Positions 1 to 9,788 of a stretch of DNA of 64,000 nt are shown here, piece by piece. The notes under the pieces were generated by a model. That model was not told the DNA's origin. It worked only from the letters and a program-made list of their open reading frames with translations, and did no database searches. This DNA is from an uncultured Spirochaetota bacterium (GTDB taxonomy: Bacteria > Spirochaetota > Brevinematia > Brevinematales > JAOACQ01). A program made the translations under genes and the position numbers. The stretch covers positions 576,001 through 640,000 of the forward strand of contig CAVYGN010000001.1 of assembly GCA_963768055.1 (NCBI GenBank), given 5' to 3'. The stretch's first letter is position 1; each line of letters begins with the position of its first letter.

Positions 1-341
1 ATAGTCTTGCCATGTTGAAGTACATGAAGAGCATCCGCATGTCTGGCCGGAATACCGACAAAAGATGCAAAATCATTTGCAGTTCCGGATGGGAGTATAT
101 TAACTTCAATATTTTTTCCGATTATATGCTGAATGGAATGATGGATAGTGCCGTCTCCCCCGACAATAAGAATTTTACTAAATCCATCGGAATATTTTAT
201 CCATGAAGGAGTAAGCTTATCCTCTTTAGTTAGCGAATGAAAACTGATGTCGCCCCAATAAGTATTGTTTCGAAAAAATGGACGGGGGTCAAGGCATTGC
301 CCGCAATGTGCATTAGGATTAAATAGACATAATGTTTTCAT
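1..341 (-). CDS. Diacylglycerol/lipid kinase family protein, N-terminal part (runs off window edge)
   Basis: Not in the ORF track. Manual translation from ATG at 341 gives MKTLCLFNPNAHCG...ILIVGGDGTIHH...ILPSGTANDFA, containing the NP, GGDGT and GTANDFA DAGK motifs. Confidence 0.85.
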   Translation of the reverse strand, partial: MKTLCLFNPNAHCGQCLDPRPFFRNNTYWGDISFHSLTKEDKLTPSWIKYSDGFSKILIVGGDGTIHHSIQHIIGKNIEVNILPSGTANDFASFVGIPARHADALHVLQHGKT

Positions 342-345
342 TTGA

Positions 346-1068
346 TTATACTTTTTTTTCAAATGCGAGAAACTGGTTTTCAATGGAGGAACGATTTTTC
401 TCAATATCCTCGATACGCCAATTCCCGGTGTCTATTGCAGGGAAAAAATAGATATCGATAAAACCTCTTCTGGCCTCGAATCCTCTGCCGATATTTACCG
501 ATTCGGGGACATGAATATAAAATGGCGATATGGGAATATGAAGATTTGTTGCCATGTGAAAGGCTCCCCTGTTAAAATGTTCCAATTTAAAGCGGGGTAT
601 AAGGTCGCCTTCCGGAGTTAAAAATACCGATTTTCCTGTCGTTCGTAAATACTCTTCGGCATACTGAAAGGTTTCTTTACGGCCGGCCGGATTATCTTGT
701 TGCGGTATAAAAAATGGTTTTACGCATAGTCCTATTAGATGAAGCGGCCAATAACGCCTGTTTGTCGCCGATATAAAATAAGTGGTATTTTCAAGTGCGA
801 GAGCTCCAATTACAAAAAAATCAACAACCGAACGATGATTCGCAATATAGATACATTGTTTATCCGTCATATTTTCAGTGCCGTGTATTCTATATCGAAT
901 TCCATAGATTTTAAGGCAGGCAAGGAAAACCGGGCGAAGGAAATATCTGCTGTAAACCGTCCCAATATTTATAAATGGACGTAATAGAAAAACAAATGGA
1001 GACAATAATGAAACAAAAGTAATAAGTATAAGAGCGAGAGCCGCTCTGAAATATTTACCGAAATTCAT
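346..1068 (-). CDS. PlsC-family lysophospholipid acyltransferase
   Basis: NHRSVVD (HX4D) and TPEG motifs; N-terminal hydrophobic segment. Confidence 0.85.
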   Translation of the reverse strand: MNFGKYFRAALALILITFVSLLSPFVFLLRPFINIGTVYSRYFLRPVFLACLKIYGIRYRIHGTENMTDKQCIYIANHRSVVDFFVIGALALENTTYFISATNRRYWPLHLIGLCVKPFFIPQQDNPAGRKETFQYAEEYLRTTGKSVFLTPEGDLIPRFKLEHFNRGAFHMATNLHIPISPFYIHVPESVNIGRGFEARRGFIDIYFFPAIDTGNWRIEDIEKNRSSIENQFLAFEKKV

Positions 1069-1071
1069 TTT

Positions 1072-2010
1072 TTACTCCTGTTTTTTCCCGGCAATGATAG
1101 TTTGCATGGAAAGATTTAATTGTTTTTCAAATAGCAATAACGGCATTAATAAAACCTGTCCGACAAAATACGGTGCAATAAACTTTTTGATATCAAACCC
1201 TTTCCCTTTAAGAAATTGAAATACAAATCCTGTAAAAAGATAGAAATATGCCGGAAATGCGCCGTACGGAAGATAGTCTATAATTTCGAAACCTTCGCTT
1301 TTAACCATATCAATAAAAAGTTTCTTTGAGAGCAGCATAGTATGCTGTGGGGCTTGCACTCCGGGCCAGCGTTTACCATAGAGTTTATATGTCAGCGAAT
1401 CCAGCCGCGGTACTTCTATAATAATCCGCCCGTTTTGCGCAAGAATATTTTTTGCCTTTTGTAAAGATTTTCGCGGGTCATAATCATGTTCTAAAAAATG
1501 CCACATGGTTATGAGGTTGTAGTGATCTTCAGGCAGCTGCTGTTCATAAAAGAGGCCCAGATGAAAATCGATATCATTAAAACCCGGGTAATAGGACATA
1601 TCTTTAAAATCTACACCCGCGATTTTCGAATTGAACCGCTTATTTATCATATGAAGGAATGTTCCAACGGCACATCCGACATCTAAAACTTCACTTGAGG
1701 AATTCAAATTAACGTATTTTTTAACGATATTTACCTTGCTCCTGTCATGTTTACTCATAGCCCAATTAAACAAAGGTGTTAATATTCCGTAAGATTGCGC
1801 TTTCCGGTGGGCAATATAAGCATCTGTATAAAATAATTTTACATCATCTATGGTTAATCGGGGATTCTGATAAATCAGTCCGCAGGAATTGCATTTAACA
1901 TAAGGAAAATCTCCGGAGATGCCTGTTAGATCATCCTGTCCATAGAATTGGTGAGAATATTCCGTACTATAGCAATTATAACAGGAAACAATTTCGGTTG
2001 GATAGCTCAT
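1072..2010 (-). CDS. Class I SAM-dependent methyltransferase with N-terminal Cys cluster
   Basis: VLDVGCAVG motif I, WHFLEH, CxxC...CxxC N-terminus. Confidence 0.85.
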   Translation of the reverse strand: MSYPTEIVSCYNCYSTEYSHQFYGQDDLTGISGDFPYVKCNSCGLIYQNPRLTIDDVKLFYTDAYIAHRKAQSYGILTPLFNWAMSKHDRSKVNIVKKYVNLNSSSEVLDVGCAVGTFLHMINKRFNSKIAGVDFKDMSYYPGFNDIDFHLGLFYEQQLPEDHYNLITMWHFLEHDYDPRKSLQKAKNILAQNGRIIIEVPRLDSLTYKLYGKRWPGVQAPQHTMLLSKKLFIDMVKSEGFEIIDYLPYGAFPAYFYLFTGFVFQFLKGKGFDIKKFIAPYFVGQVLLMPLLLFEKQLNLSMQTIIAGKKQE

Positions 2011-2020
2011 AGAGCCTCCT

Positions 2021-2809
2021 TTAAAATTCCCCGGGAATTGAAAGCAAAATTAAATATATTATACCACTGATTACACTAAAAATCTTATTACCGTCCGTTC
2101 TTCGCTCCTTTAGAACAAATAATTGTAGAAAACATGAAATTACAATGATTGATAATTTGAATATTGTTGGGACAAAATGCATTGTGAAAATAATGGAAAG
2201 TATGGCAAATAAAATATACGTTGTTGCGAAAGCTGCATATCCGAAATAGCGGAATACCCTGTTATTCATGTGTTCGTTATCATGAAACACTTCATATATG
2301 AGAGCGATGCAATAAATAATGCCAAGTTGAATAAAAACGCGAAGATTGCAAGGCATACCGAAAGCGAGAAAACTGATTGCCGGATATTTTATCATAACTA
2401 GAAATGAACGAGCAATATTACCAATATATTTACCGGCTAAAAGGGCAATAATATAGTAGAGTAAAAGAGAAATCGCGGCTGATAAAATACCGGCCGAAAA
2501 TAATACAAGGATTAAAAAATGAAGGAAAATCAAAATAAAAATAAGCCATACGATAAGAATGCGGGCATTATTGGCTGGAATATAAATTCTTTCCGGATGG
2601 CTGACACGGTCATTCCTTCGGGATAAGAGATCGTCTAATAATCGAAAAGCAAAAAGCCATATTATTATAACTGCAAAACGTATCGCGAAAATCTTAAAAT
2701 CCGGTAATTGAAAAATTGACGGCTGTAATCCGACGCCGAGTAAAAACGCTAGTGGAATGTAAAGAACCGGATAAAATCGTTCTTTAATATAAAGGATCAG
2801 TATTTTCAT
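2021..2809 (-). CDS. UbiA-like polytopic membrane protein (putative prenyltransferase)
   Basis: RLLDDLLSRRNDRVSHPER Asp-rich motif; many TM segments. Confidence 0.6.
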   Translation of the reverse strand: MKILILYIKERFYPVLYIPLAFLLGVGLQPSIFQLPDFKIFAIRFAVIIIWLFAFRLLDDLLSRRNDRVSHPERIYIPANNARILIVWLIFILIFLHFLILVLFSAGILSAAISLLLYYIIALLAGKYIGNIARSFLVMIKYPAISFLAFGMPCNLRVFIQLGIIYCIALIYEVFHDNEHMNNRVFRYFGYAAFATTYILFAILSIIFTMHFVPTIFKLSIIVISCFLQLFVLKERRTDGNKIFSVISGIIYLILLSIPGEF

Positions 2810-5469
2810 TGAATTGCCATCCGTTTTATAAAACCATCATTTGCATTGAGTAATATATGCTCTCCGTTCTTCAGTATATTTGTCGCATTATCGACGCCTA
2901 TGAGTGCAGGTATTCCATATTCCCTGGCAATGATTGCACCATGAGAAAGCATACCGCCTCTTTCAAGGACAAGTCCTCCGATTAAAGGAAATGCAGGCGA
3001 CCAGCCGGGATCAGTTTGTCTTACTACAAGTATATCGCCTTTTTGAAGATATTGTATTTCCGAAATATCTTTAAGAATTCTAACGATACCGTCTACTTTT
3101 CCTTCACAGGCTATAATTCCTCTTAATGCTTCTCCATTGAACGTTTCAATATTCGATCCTGTTTTATTTTCAAGATCATCCGGATCAAAATATGTGTTTT
3201 CCGGAAGAATGAAATCATCAGGCGGAGTAATTTCAAAGTTTTTCAGATATTCTGCTTTTCGTTTTGCAACTATACTTTGTATAAGCGACGGTGCGACTAA
3301 ATGATTTATGTTAATAATTTCATCATATCTTAAAAAGAAAATATCCTCCTGCTTATCGATGCATCTTTTATTGGCTAGATGATAACCAATATCGATGAGA
3401 ATATGCCGGCAGCGATTATAGAGTTGGGCTTGTTTCAGGCGGGCACGCTCACGATAACGGATTCCTGAATGTGAAAAGTACAGGACGATTTTTATTATTT
3501 TAATCTCTATGTTCGCTCTAATAATATTTTTTGAATTTTTGATTGACGAGAAAAGCTCATTTTCTAATGATTTTCGCTTTTTCATTTGAACATCGATCTG
3601 CTCATTGGTTGTAAAAATCCCATCATTCAGATAAAATGAAAGTAATTCTATCAATTTTTCCGGCTCTTCTGAATAATCTTTACGAACCATGAGCAATTCG
3701 CCGGATATACGGAATCCCCATTCATGGCAATATCGGTTAAAATAATCGAGTATGGTTTCATAACGCGCATTATTCATAATTTCATGTAATATTTCATTCG
3801 CTGGTTTTTCCATGAATATAACACGGAGTTCAGGCTCTCTCAGTATCATATTCCGTAATCTAAATAATGCCGTTTGGGAATCCGTACTTACGACATCCGG
3901 TAATCCTGTGAGAAATGTATTTAAAGAACCGGAATAAGCAGGAGCAAATTCATTTATTACACTGCAAAGAAATCCGTATCCGAAAAGCGCCAATGCGTCT
4001 GCAAGAGACGCGTCCTTCCATTTATTCATGCGAATATTGATAAAACCTCGTAACGCGGTTTGTAAATCTTGCAGGGATTTTTGACCGCTATTTTTTTTAA
4101 CGAATGAATTTGCCCTGCTTTCAAAACGGCGAATATAAAACGGCAGCATAATTATATTTTTTAAGGCATAGATAAGGATTTTAATAATATACAATATCTT
4201 TGAAAGCGGGCTCATAGGCAGGATATTATCCTCTTGGGTGTGTTGCCCTTTAAAAATACCAATAAACGAATCCCAATACTTCCTGATGAGAGCGGGAAAT
4301 GGAAGCGCGTTTAAGCATTCATAGATATGACTCAGATTATAATACATTCTTCCGCAATGAAAATCGATAATTTGGGAAAAAGCAATCTCCAGATTTTTAA
4401 TAGATTGCCTCGATACTCCAAAAGCGATAGCCAGATTTTTAAAATAGTGATAATAGCCTTTTTGTGTAAATGAAATAAGAAACGGGGTCAGCGGCTCGGG
4501 AAAATTCTCATTTACATTTGTATTTGTCCAGATATGCATAATAGATGATGATTTGTCTTTTATTGTTGTTATCGGGCGAGACTGAACAATCCAAAGCTTT
4601 CCTGCTTTGTCAATCAACCACTCGATATCCTGATGAGTATCATTAAAAAAAGATCTGCATTGAATTGCGTATTGAGTCAGCTGTTTAATGCAAAACATAT
4701 TATTGTCGGATAATTGTTTATCAGTATTTTTATTTACAGGTAATATTTTGCAATCCATTCCATTAACATAAATATAATATCGCATTGGAGTTACTTTTCC
4801 GGAAACAAGCCCTTCACATGCGCCTTGAACTGATTCAAGAAGCATTGGAGATGATCCGGGATTACTGTCATTTAAAATATTTGTTTTAGTAAATAGTACA
4901 CCGGCTAATTCAGCTTCAATATATGGCTGTACTATAACTGAAAATCCGTAGAGTAAAGACTCCTTATTAATCTGGTATGTTATGCATCGGGAATTGTAGA
5001 AAGATACATAGGATTCAAGCAATGCTTGTCTGCATGCTTCTTTATGCGCGAGTGCCAGGGTATCGATTACAATAGAATCAAGCTGGCCGGCGAATGACGC
5101 TTGTGATGAATCTTCTCCTGCCGCAGAGCTTCGGAAGATAAGCCGGCATTCACCGAAATGTTCAATGATTTTCCGGTACACAGGAATAAAAATCGTATCC
5201 GGAATACCATGATTTCTGATATTATTCTCTATATTTCGCGATGCTTCCATTATAGATGAAAGAATATTACTAAATTTTGTCATAAATTCATGCGTTGTTT
5301 GTGATAATGATTGTATGAATCGGGAGAACACTTCCTGTGTAATGACAAGAGTCGGCGGTACCGGTAAATCATGCTCCAATAATGTGGAGAGATTGTTCGC
5401 TTTCCCCCCCAAGTTACCGGGATTCCTTACAGGAAGCGGACTACAATATTTGCTATGATTATTTTTCAT
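2806..5469 (-). CDS. PEP-utilising enzyme (PPDK_N ATP-grasp plus C-terminal phospho-His swivel; PigC/rifampin phosphotransferase-like architecture)
   Basis: GGKANNL, RSSAAGED..ASFAGQ, DIEW, QSRPIT, GGMLSHGAIIAREYGIPA. Confidence 0.85.
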   Translation of the reverse strand: MKNNHSKYCSPLPVRNPGNLGGKANNLSTLLEHDLPVPPTLVITQEVFSRFIQSLSQTTHEFMTKFSNILSSIMEASRNIENNIRNHGIPDTIFIPVYRKIIEHFGECRLIFRSSAAGEDSSQASFAGQLDSIVIDTLALAHKEACRQALLESYVSFYNSRCITYQINKESLLYGFSVIVQPYIEAELAGVLFTKTNILNDSNPGSSPMLLESVQGACEGLVSGKVTPMRYYIYVNGMDCKILPVNKNTDKQLSDNNMFCIKQLTQYAIQCRSFFNDTHQDIEWLIDKAGKLWIVQSRPITTIKDKSSSIMHIWTNTNVNENFPEPLTPFLISFTQKGYYHYFKNLAIAFGVSRQSIKNLEIAFSQIIDFHCGRMYYNLSHIYECLNALPFPALIRKYWDSFIGIFKGQHTQEDNILPMSPLSKILYIIKILIYALKNIIMLPFYIRRFESRANSFVKKNSGQKSLQDLQTALRGFINIRMNKWKDASLADALALFGYGFLCSVINEFAPAYSGSLNTFLTGLPDVVSTDSQTALFRLRNMILREPELRVIFMEKPANEILHEIMNNARYETILDYFNRYCHEWGFRISGELLMVRKDYSEEPEKLIELLSFYLNDGIFTTNEQIDVQMKKRKSLENELFSSIKNSKNIIRANIEIKIIKIVLYFSHSGIRYRERARLKQAQLYNRCRHILIDIGYHLANKRCIDKQEDIFFLRYDEIININHLVAPSLIQSIVAKRKAEYLKNFEITPPDDFILPENTYFDPDDLENKTGSNIETFNGEALRGIIACEGKVDGIVRILKDISEIQYLQKGDILVVRQTDPGWSPAFPLIGGLVLERGGMLSHGAIIAREYGIPALIGVDNATNILKNGEHILLNANDGFIKRMAIQ

Positions 5470-5559
5470 TTAAATTAAAATTCCTGCTGTTAAATATCCT
5501 ACCTCGAGACAGGCAAAACAGCAAAAAATCTATGTGATGTTCCGAAGCACAAAATGCGC

Positions 5560-5750
5560 TAATAATATAATGAATATCAGTCTCGTTACACAAAAGCGAG
5601 AGCGGCCAGTCCTTCAGTTTGGATGAAGCCTAAAACTTGTAGCGAAGGAACAGTCAAATGCAGCTACAGGGCTCTTCGGGTTGAAAGTGGATGGCGCATT
5701 CTAAAAGTTACCAGCGGAACTTGGGAGACCCAGACAGGCAGTCAAGAGCC
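5560..5750 (+). ncRNA. Probable group II intron domain I fragment (truncated)
   Basis: GC-richer non-coding tract with TAATGAATATCAGTCTCGTTA...GGATGAAGCC...GGAACTTGGGAGACCC, resembling bacterial group II intron DI sequences from recall; no RT ORF and no DV/DVI seen. Confidence 0.4.
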
Positions 5751-5776
5751 ATCGTAGAAGAATATCTTCAAAGCCA

Positions 5777-5822
5777 CTCCATTGAAATTTTGATAAAAGT
5801 GCCAAGAGGGGATAAAATAAGG
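5777..5822 (+). repeat. Intergenic repeat type A carrying a sigma70-like promoter
   Basis: CTCCATTGAAATTTTGATAAAAGTGCCAAGAGGGGATAAAATAAGG; TTGATA(5790)-17 bp-TAAAAT(5813). Confidence 0.85.
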
Positions 5823-5858
5823 AGATTTTAAGGGGATTATTATAATGATGGGCATAAG

Positions 5859-6503
5859 ATGATTGAATCAAAAGCATGGAACTGGAATGAAGATATCTAT
5901 AAGTATTGGAATGTTGCAGATGAATTTTTGCCAGTAGCATTAAAATGGAAATCCAAGAACTTTTCATCAGTATTAGATTTAGGATGCGGTATTGGTCGTA
6001 ATGCTCTTTTCCTTGCAAAAATGAATTTTGATGTCGATGCCTTTGATTTGTCATTAAACGGGTTAGCACAATTAATTAAAAGTGCAAAAGAAGAAAATTT
6101 AAATATAAAAATAAAAAACGGCGACATGCTACAATTGCCTTATAAAGATAATTATTTTGATTGTTTACTGGCATTTCATTCGATTTATCATACCGATTTA
6201 GAAGGCCTTAAAAAAGTTATAAGTGAAATAAATAGAGTCTTAAAAAACGGCGGGGAAATATTTATCACATTAAATTCAAAAAATAGTGAAGCCTGGGACT
6301 TATATTCAGAAAGGCGCATTGATAATTATACTTTGATAAAAACCGAGGGGCTTGAGATCGATGTTCCACATACTTATCTGAATTATGATGATGTATTGTT
6401 ATTATTAAAGGATTTCAATTTAATAAAAATTCAACAGATATTCGATTATTGGGAAAACAGGAAGTACGCTCATTATTTTGTGACTTGCAAAAAAGGGTTT
6501 TAA
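5859..6503 (+). CDS. Class I SAM-dependent methyltransferase
   Basis: VLDLGCGIGRNA; RVLKNGG. Confidence 0.85.
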   Translation: MIESKAWNWNEDIYKYWNVADEFLPVALKWKSKNFSSVLDLGCGIGRNALFLAKMNFDVDAFDLSLNGLAQLIKSAKEENLNIKIKNGDMLQLPYKDNYFDCLLAFHSIYHTDLEGLKKVISEINRVLKNGGEIFITLNSKNSEAWDLYSERRIDNYTLIKTEGLEIDVPHTYLNYDDVLLLLKDFNLIKIQQIFDYWENRKYAHYFVTCKKGF

Positions 6504-6856
6504 TGATGAATGACAGTCATTTCTGGAATTCCCTCGATTCATTGATAAAATCAAATAGAATTGTCATTGACCGTCCAAAGGGCTCTGTTCATCCAAAATA
6601 TCCTGATTTAAAATATCCGATTGATTATGGCTATATTAAAGGAACAAAGTCAATGGATGGAAATTGCATTGACATATGGAAAGGCACCCTTGAAAAGAAT
6701 GAAATAATTGGAATATTCTGTACTTTCGATTTGATAAAAAAAGATTCTGAAATTAAAATAGCAATAGATTGTAATGATGATGAAATAAAAGAGATTTCAA
6801 AAATATATGAAACGGAATATATTAAAGGCATTTTTATAAAGAGAAATTCGATATGA
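6503..6856 (+). CDS. Small inorganic pyrophosphatase-like protein
   Basis: IDRPKGSVHP..YPIDYGYIKGT.SMDG..ID; ATG overlaps the previous stop. Confidence 0.75.
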   Translation: MMNDSHFWNSLDSLIKSNRIVIDRPKGSVHPKYPDLKYPIDYGYIKGTKSMDGNCIDIWKGTLEKNEIIGIFCTFDLIKKDSEIKIAIDCNDDEIKEISKIYETEYIKGIFIKRNSI

Positions 6857-7347
6857 TAAAGGTATTGAATGAAGATTATTTAACAGATGTAATGACAATC
6901 ATTAAAGAAGTCATTATTCATATGAATGAACAAGGCATTGATCAATGGGATGAGGTTTATCCGAATATTGAAATTATCACCCAGGATTTAAAAGAAAAGT
7001 GCGCCTATGGATATTTTGATAACGATGAATTATCGGGTTATGTGGCTATAAACAAAACATATCCGCCACCATACGATAAATTCAAATGGAAAGTAAATAA
7101 TGGTGAATTTTTAGTTGTTCACAGATTAATGATAAAGCCTGATAAACAGGGAAAGGGAATTGCAAAGCAGCTTATGAGTTTTGCCGAGGAATTTATTAGG
7201 GGAAATGGATATAAAGCAATCAGATTAGATGCTTTTTCCCTGAATCCCGTAGCAATAAGTCTTTATGAACATATTGGATACAGTAAAGTTGGATCTGGCG
7301 CAAGCAGAAAAGGTGGTTTATGTTATTTTTATGAGAAAGTGTTATAG
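6853..7347 (+). CDS. GNAT family N-acetyltransferase
   Basis: QGKGIAKQL acetyl-CoA motif; NPVAISLYEHIGY. Confidence 0.85.
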   Translation: MIKVLNEDYLTDVMTIIKEVIIHMNEQGIDQWDEVYPNIEIITQDLKEKCAYGYFDNDELSGYVAINKTYPPPYDKFKWKVNNGEFLVVHRLMIKPDKQGKGIAKQLMSFAEEFIRGNGYKAIRLDAFSLNPVAISLYEHIGYSKVGSGASRKGGLCYFYEKVL

Positions 7348-7360
7348 ATCCAATCTTTGA

Positions 7361-7399
7361 GCTCTTCCCACCTCTGCTCTGCCTGCTGTGAGAGTGTGG
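7361..7399 (+). repeat. Intergenic repeat type B
   Basis: GCTCTTCCCACCTCTGCTCTGCCTGCTGTGAGAGTGTGG; matches copies at 27333, 28566 and 29475. Confidence 0.75.
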
Positions 7400-7435
7400 T
7401 AATGACGAATATGACATATTTGTAAGAAAACTATT

Positions 7436-8170
7436 TTGGGGAATATTTTGCTAAAATCATTAATTCAGAGAAAAGCATTTGAAAACTGGAAATCAGTTTT
7501 ATTGATTTATTTATTTTGTTTGATAGTTTGCTTTTCATCTGTTTATTTTCATTCAACAATAATGACTATAATAAGCGTGCTTTTATATGCCGTCATAACA
7601 TTTCTTTTTGTAAAAAAAGTATATTGGAAAGAAATTCGGATTCAAAAACCAAATAATTTAAAATATATTTTAATGTGTCTCCCAATTTTAATATTTTTGA
7701 TATTATTTTTTTATTATATCCAGTATATTGCTTTAAAATTTGACGAATCAAATTTTTTTGTTGCATTGGCTAATCAGCAATTGAAATATGGGGTAATAAA
7801 CAATGAAAACAAATGGTTATATTTTCCTCTTACTGTGATCGGCTTTTCAATCATACCATTATCTGAAGATCTGTTTTTCAGGGGTTTAATATTAACAGCA
7901 TTTGAAAATATTTCGAAAAGGAAAAATCATGCTGCTAATATTATTCAGGCTGTCCTATTCGCATTAGTACATATAGCATATTTTTGGACAATAAAAATAA
8001 ATTACTTGTTGATAATTCCATTGTTTATTTGGGTATTATTGGCAGGAATAATATATGGCTGGTTAACACAAAAGACTAATTCTATTATTTCCTCAATGAT
8101 AGCACATGGTATCAATGATGTAATTACAATGATTATTGTATATTTACTTGTTATTCCATATTTAAAATAA
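7436..8170 (+). CDS. CPBP/Abi family intramembrane metalloprotease
   Basis: SEDLFFRG, FALVH and AHGIND motifs; multiple TM segments. Confidence 0.85.
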   Translation: MGNILLKSLIQRKAFENWKSVLLIYLFCLIVCFSSVYFHSTIMTIISVLLYAVITFLFVKKVYWKEIRIQKPNNLKYILMCLPILIFLILFFYYIQYIALKFDESNFFVALANQQLKYGVINNENKWLYFPLTVIGFSIIPLSEDLFFRGLILTAFENISKRKNHAANIIQAVLFALVHIAYFWTIKINYLLIIPLFIWVLLAGIIYGWLTQKTNSIISSMIAHGINDVITMIIVYLLVIPYLK

Positions 8171-8195
8171 AGAGTGTGTAAGTGCTTTATTTACT

Positions 8196-8212
8196 ATTCG
8201 GAGAGAGGGGGA
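8196..8212. repeat. att core duplicate (tRNA-Ser 3' end), distal boundary of the element
   Basis: ATTCGGAGAGAGGGGGA, identical to 62766-62782. Confidence 0.85.
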
Positions 8213-8455
8213 AACAACAAATTATTGAGAGATACCACTAACTCATTCTAAAATATAGATTTCGGACTCACCAATTCAAAATATTACCAAATATATATCG
8301 TATCAAAACGGTTTCGATACGGTATCAAAACTGCCCTGAAATAGTGTTAAAATATATTAAAAATGGTCTACTTTTAAGTCAATTTTTGAGGTAAATTAAA
8401 TAAAAAAAGCGCCCTTTGCAGACGCTAATTCTTTATGATCAACCCAGCAGGGTCT

Positions 8456-8710
8456 TTATTTTTCCCCTTCCTTCAGCCGGTTTTCAAATTCCTTCATAAA
8501 TTTTAATGGTGATATTCCAATGGCAAGGCATATATTTCTAAATTCAATAAAATCTAATCTTCTTTCAAGGCTTTCATATTTCGAAACATAAGAGTGATTA
8601 GCCCAGCCCAGCTTTTCTGCAAGCTCGTTTTGAGTGAGGTTCTTTTTAATTCTGTGATCTTTCAACAAATCTATAAATAAATTGTATTCATTATTATGAA
8701 TAGATTTCAT
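8456..8710 (-). CDS. XRE/Cro-C1 HTH transcriptional regulator
   Basis: LTQNELAEKLG...SYVSKYESLERRLD; near-identical copy at 63169-63423. Confidence 0.9.
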   Translation of the reverse strand: MKSIHNNEYNLFIDLLKDHRIKKNLTQNELAEKLGWANHSYVSKYESLERRLDFIEFRNICLAIGISPLKFMKEFENRLKEGEK

Positions 8711-8721
8711 AAATTATTCCT

Positions 8722-8782
8722 TGTTCGATATTTGAACATTATTATATAAAAAATTGACAAATGATCGAACATCGAACATGAT
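8722..8782. promoter_or_regulatory. Putative XRE operator and divergent promoter
   Basis: TGTTCGA-TAT-TTGAACA inverted repeat; TCGAACATCGAACA tandem lying inside TTGACA-17 bp-CATGAT; conserved in the 63435-63495 copy. Confidence 0.55.
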
Positions 8783-9032
8783 TAATTGAATTAAAACTAA
8801 TGCTTTATTAATTAAGTTTTATGATTATTTCTCAAAGACAAAAAAAATATTCCCATATATTTTATATCAAGGGACGGTTATGTCCTTCATGGATATTATT
8901 ATTAGGCTATTAAGAAAATTTAGATATAAATTATTTTCGTTAAGCCGACTTTTTACCGGTATCATCCACCAATATTACACCACAATAAAAATAAAGAATA
9001 AATCTAATAGGATATAAAATAGGAGGAATTAT

Positions 9033-9392
9033 ATGAAAGTTAAGGTATTGGTTATTTCATTGCTAATGTTTTTTGCGATGTCAATCTCTGCTTATGCCGA
9101 CAATGGGGGACTAACCTTATTGAGTGCCAACATTGTTAATGCTTCAGGACAAAATTACACAGGATATGTAACTGGGGAAATTGCAAATAATAACAATTAT
9201 CCTGTTAAAAATGTCAGCGTAGAATTCTGCATTTATGATGCAAGTGGCGGGTTGCTACAGATGGCGAGCGATAGTTGGAAGGGACCTTTAGCTGCAAACA
9301 GTCAATTCCGATTCTACGTTCCATTTTATATTATTAGTGGAACTCCTTCAAGATGCGATCTCTACTATCTAAACTGTTTACCAGCTCAATAA
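9033..9392 (+). CDS. Secreted FxLYD-domain protein
   Basis: Signal peptide ending AYA; GEIANN...VEFCIYDASG; AGGAGG RBS. Confidence 0.7.
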   Translation: MKVKVLVISLLMFFAMSISAYADNGGLTLLSANIVNASGQNYTGYVTGEIANNNNYPVKNVSVEFCIYDASGGLLQMASDSWKGPLAANSQFRFYVPFYIISGTPSRCDLYYLNCLPAQ

Positions 9393-9605
9393 TTAATAAA
9401 GAAATAAATACGAAAATCCTATTAGATTCTGGGGCGCTTGAGATTTTATTTAATTAATAATTTTAAAAATGCCCCAAACGGGTGAAGTCTATTTCCATAT
9501 AGGTTTGAAATAAATTTGGAAGTATGCTTTACTTGATTGTGAAAGGGGGGCTCTGGATGCCCCTTTTAATTTGATATAATTTTAACTTTGAATAGGAGGT
9601 TATAT

Positions 9606-9788
9606 ATGTCAGAAAATTCACCTGGTGGGATAGTAGCGACAGATACGGGTATAATTTTAGGTTGTGCAGGGCTTGGGGCGGCGATTGGATCAACAGTTCC
9701 TATTTTAGGAACAGCTATAGGTACAGGAATTGGTGGAATTGTTGGTGGAATTTTAGTAATTGTAAAAGAAGTCGCCAATAGACAATAA
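9606..9788 (+). CDS. Small glycine-zipper membrane peptide
   Basis: AGGAGG RBS; GAAIG..GTAIGTGIGGIVGG. Confidence 0.65.
   Translation: MSENSPGGIVATDTGIILGCAGLGAAIGSTVPILGTAIGTGIGGIVGGILVIVKEVANRQ

Noticed and set aside
2806..5469. Rifampin phosphotransferase (rph) resistance call
   Set aside because: The domain order is shared, but the operon context points to lipid or secondary metabolism and the rifampin-binding residues cannot be verified by eye.
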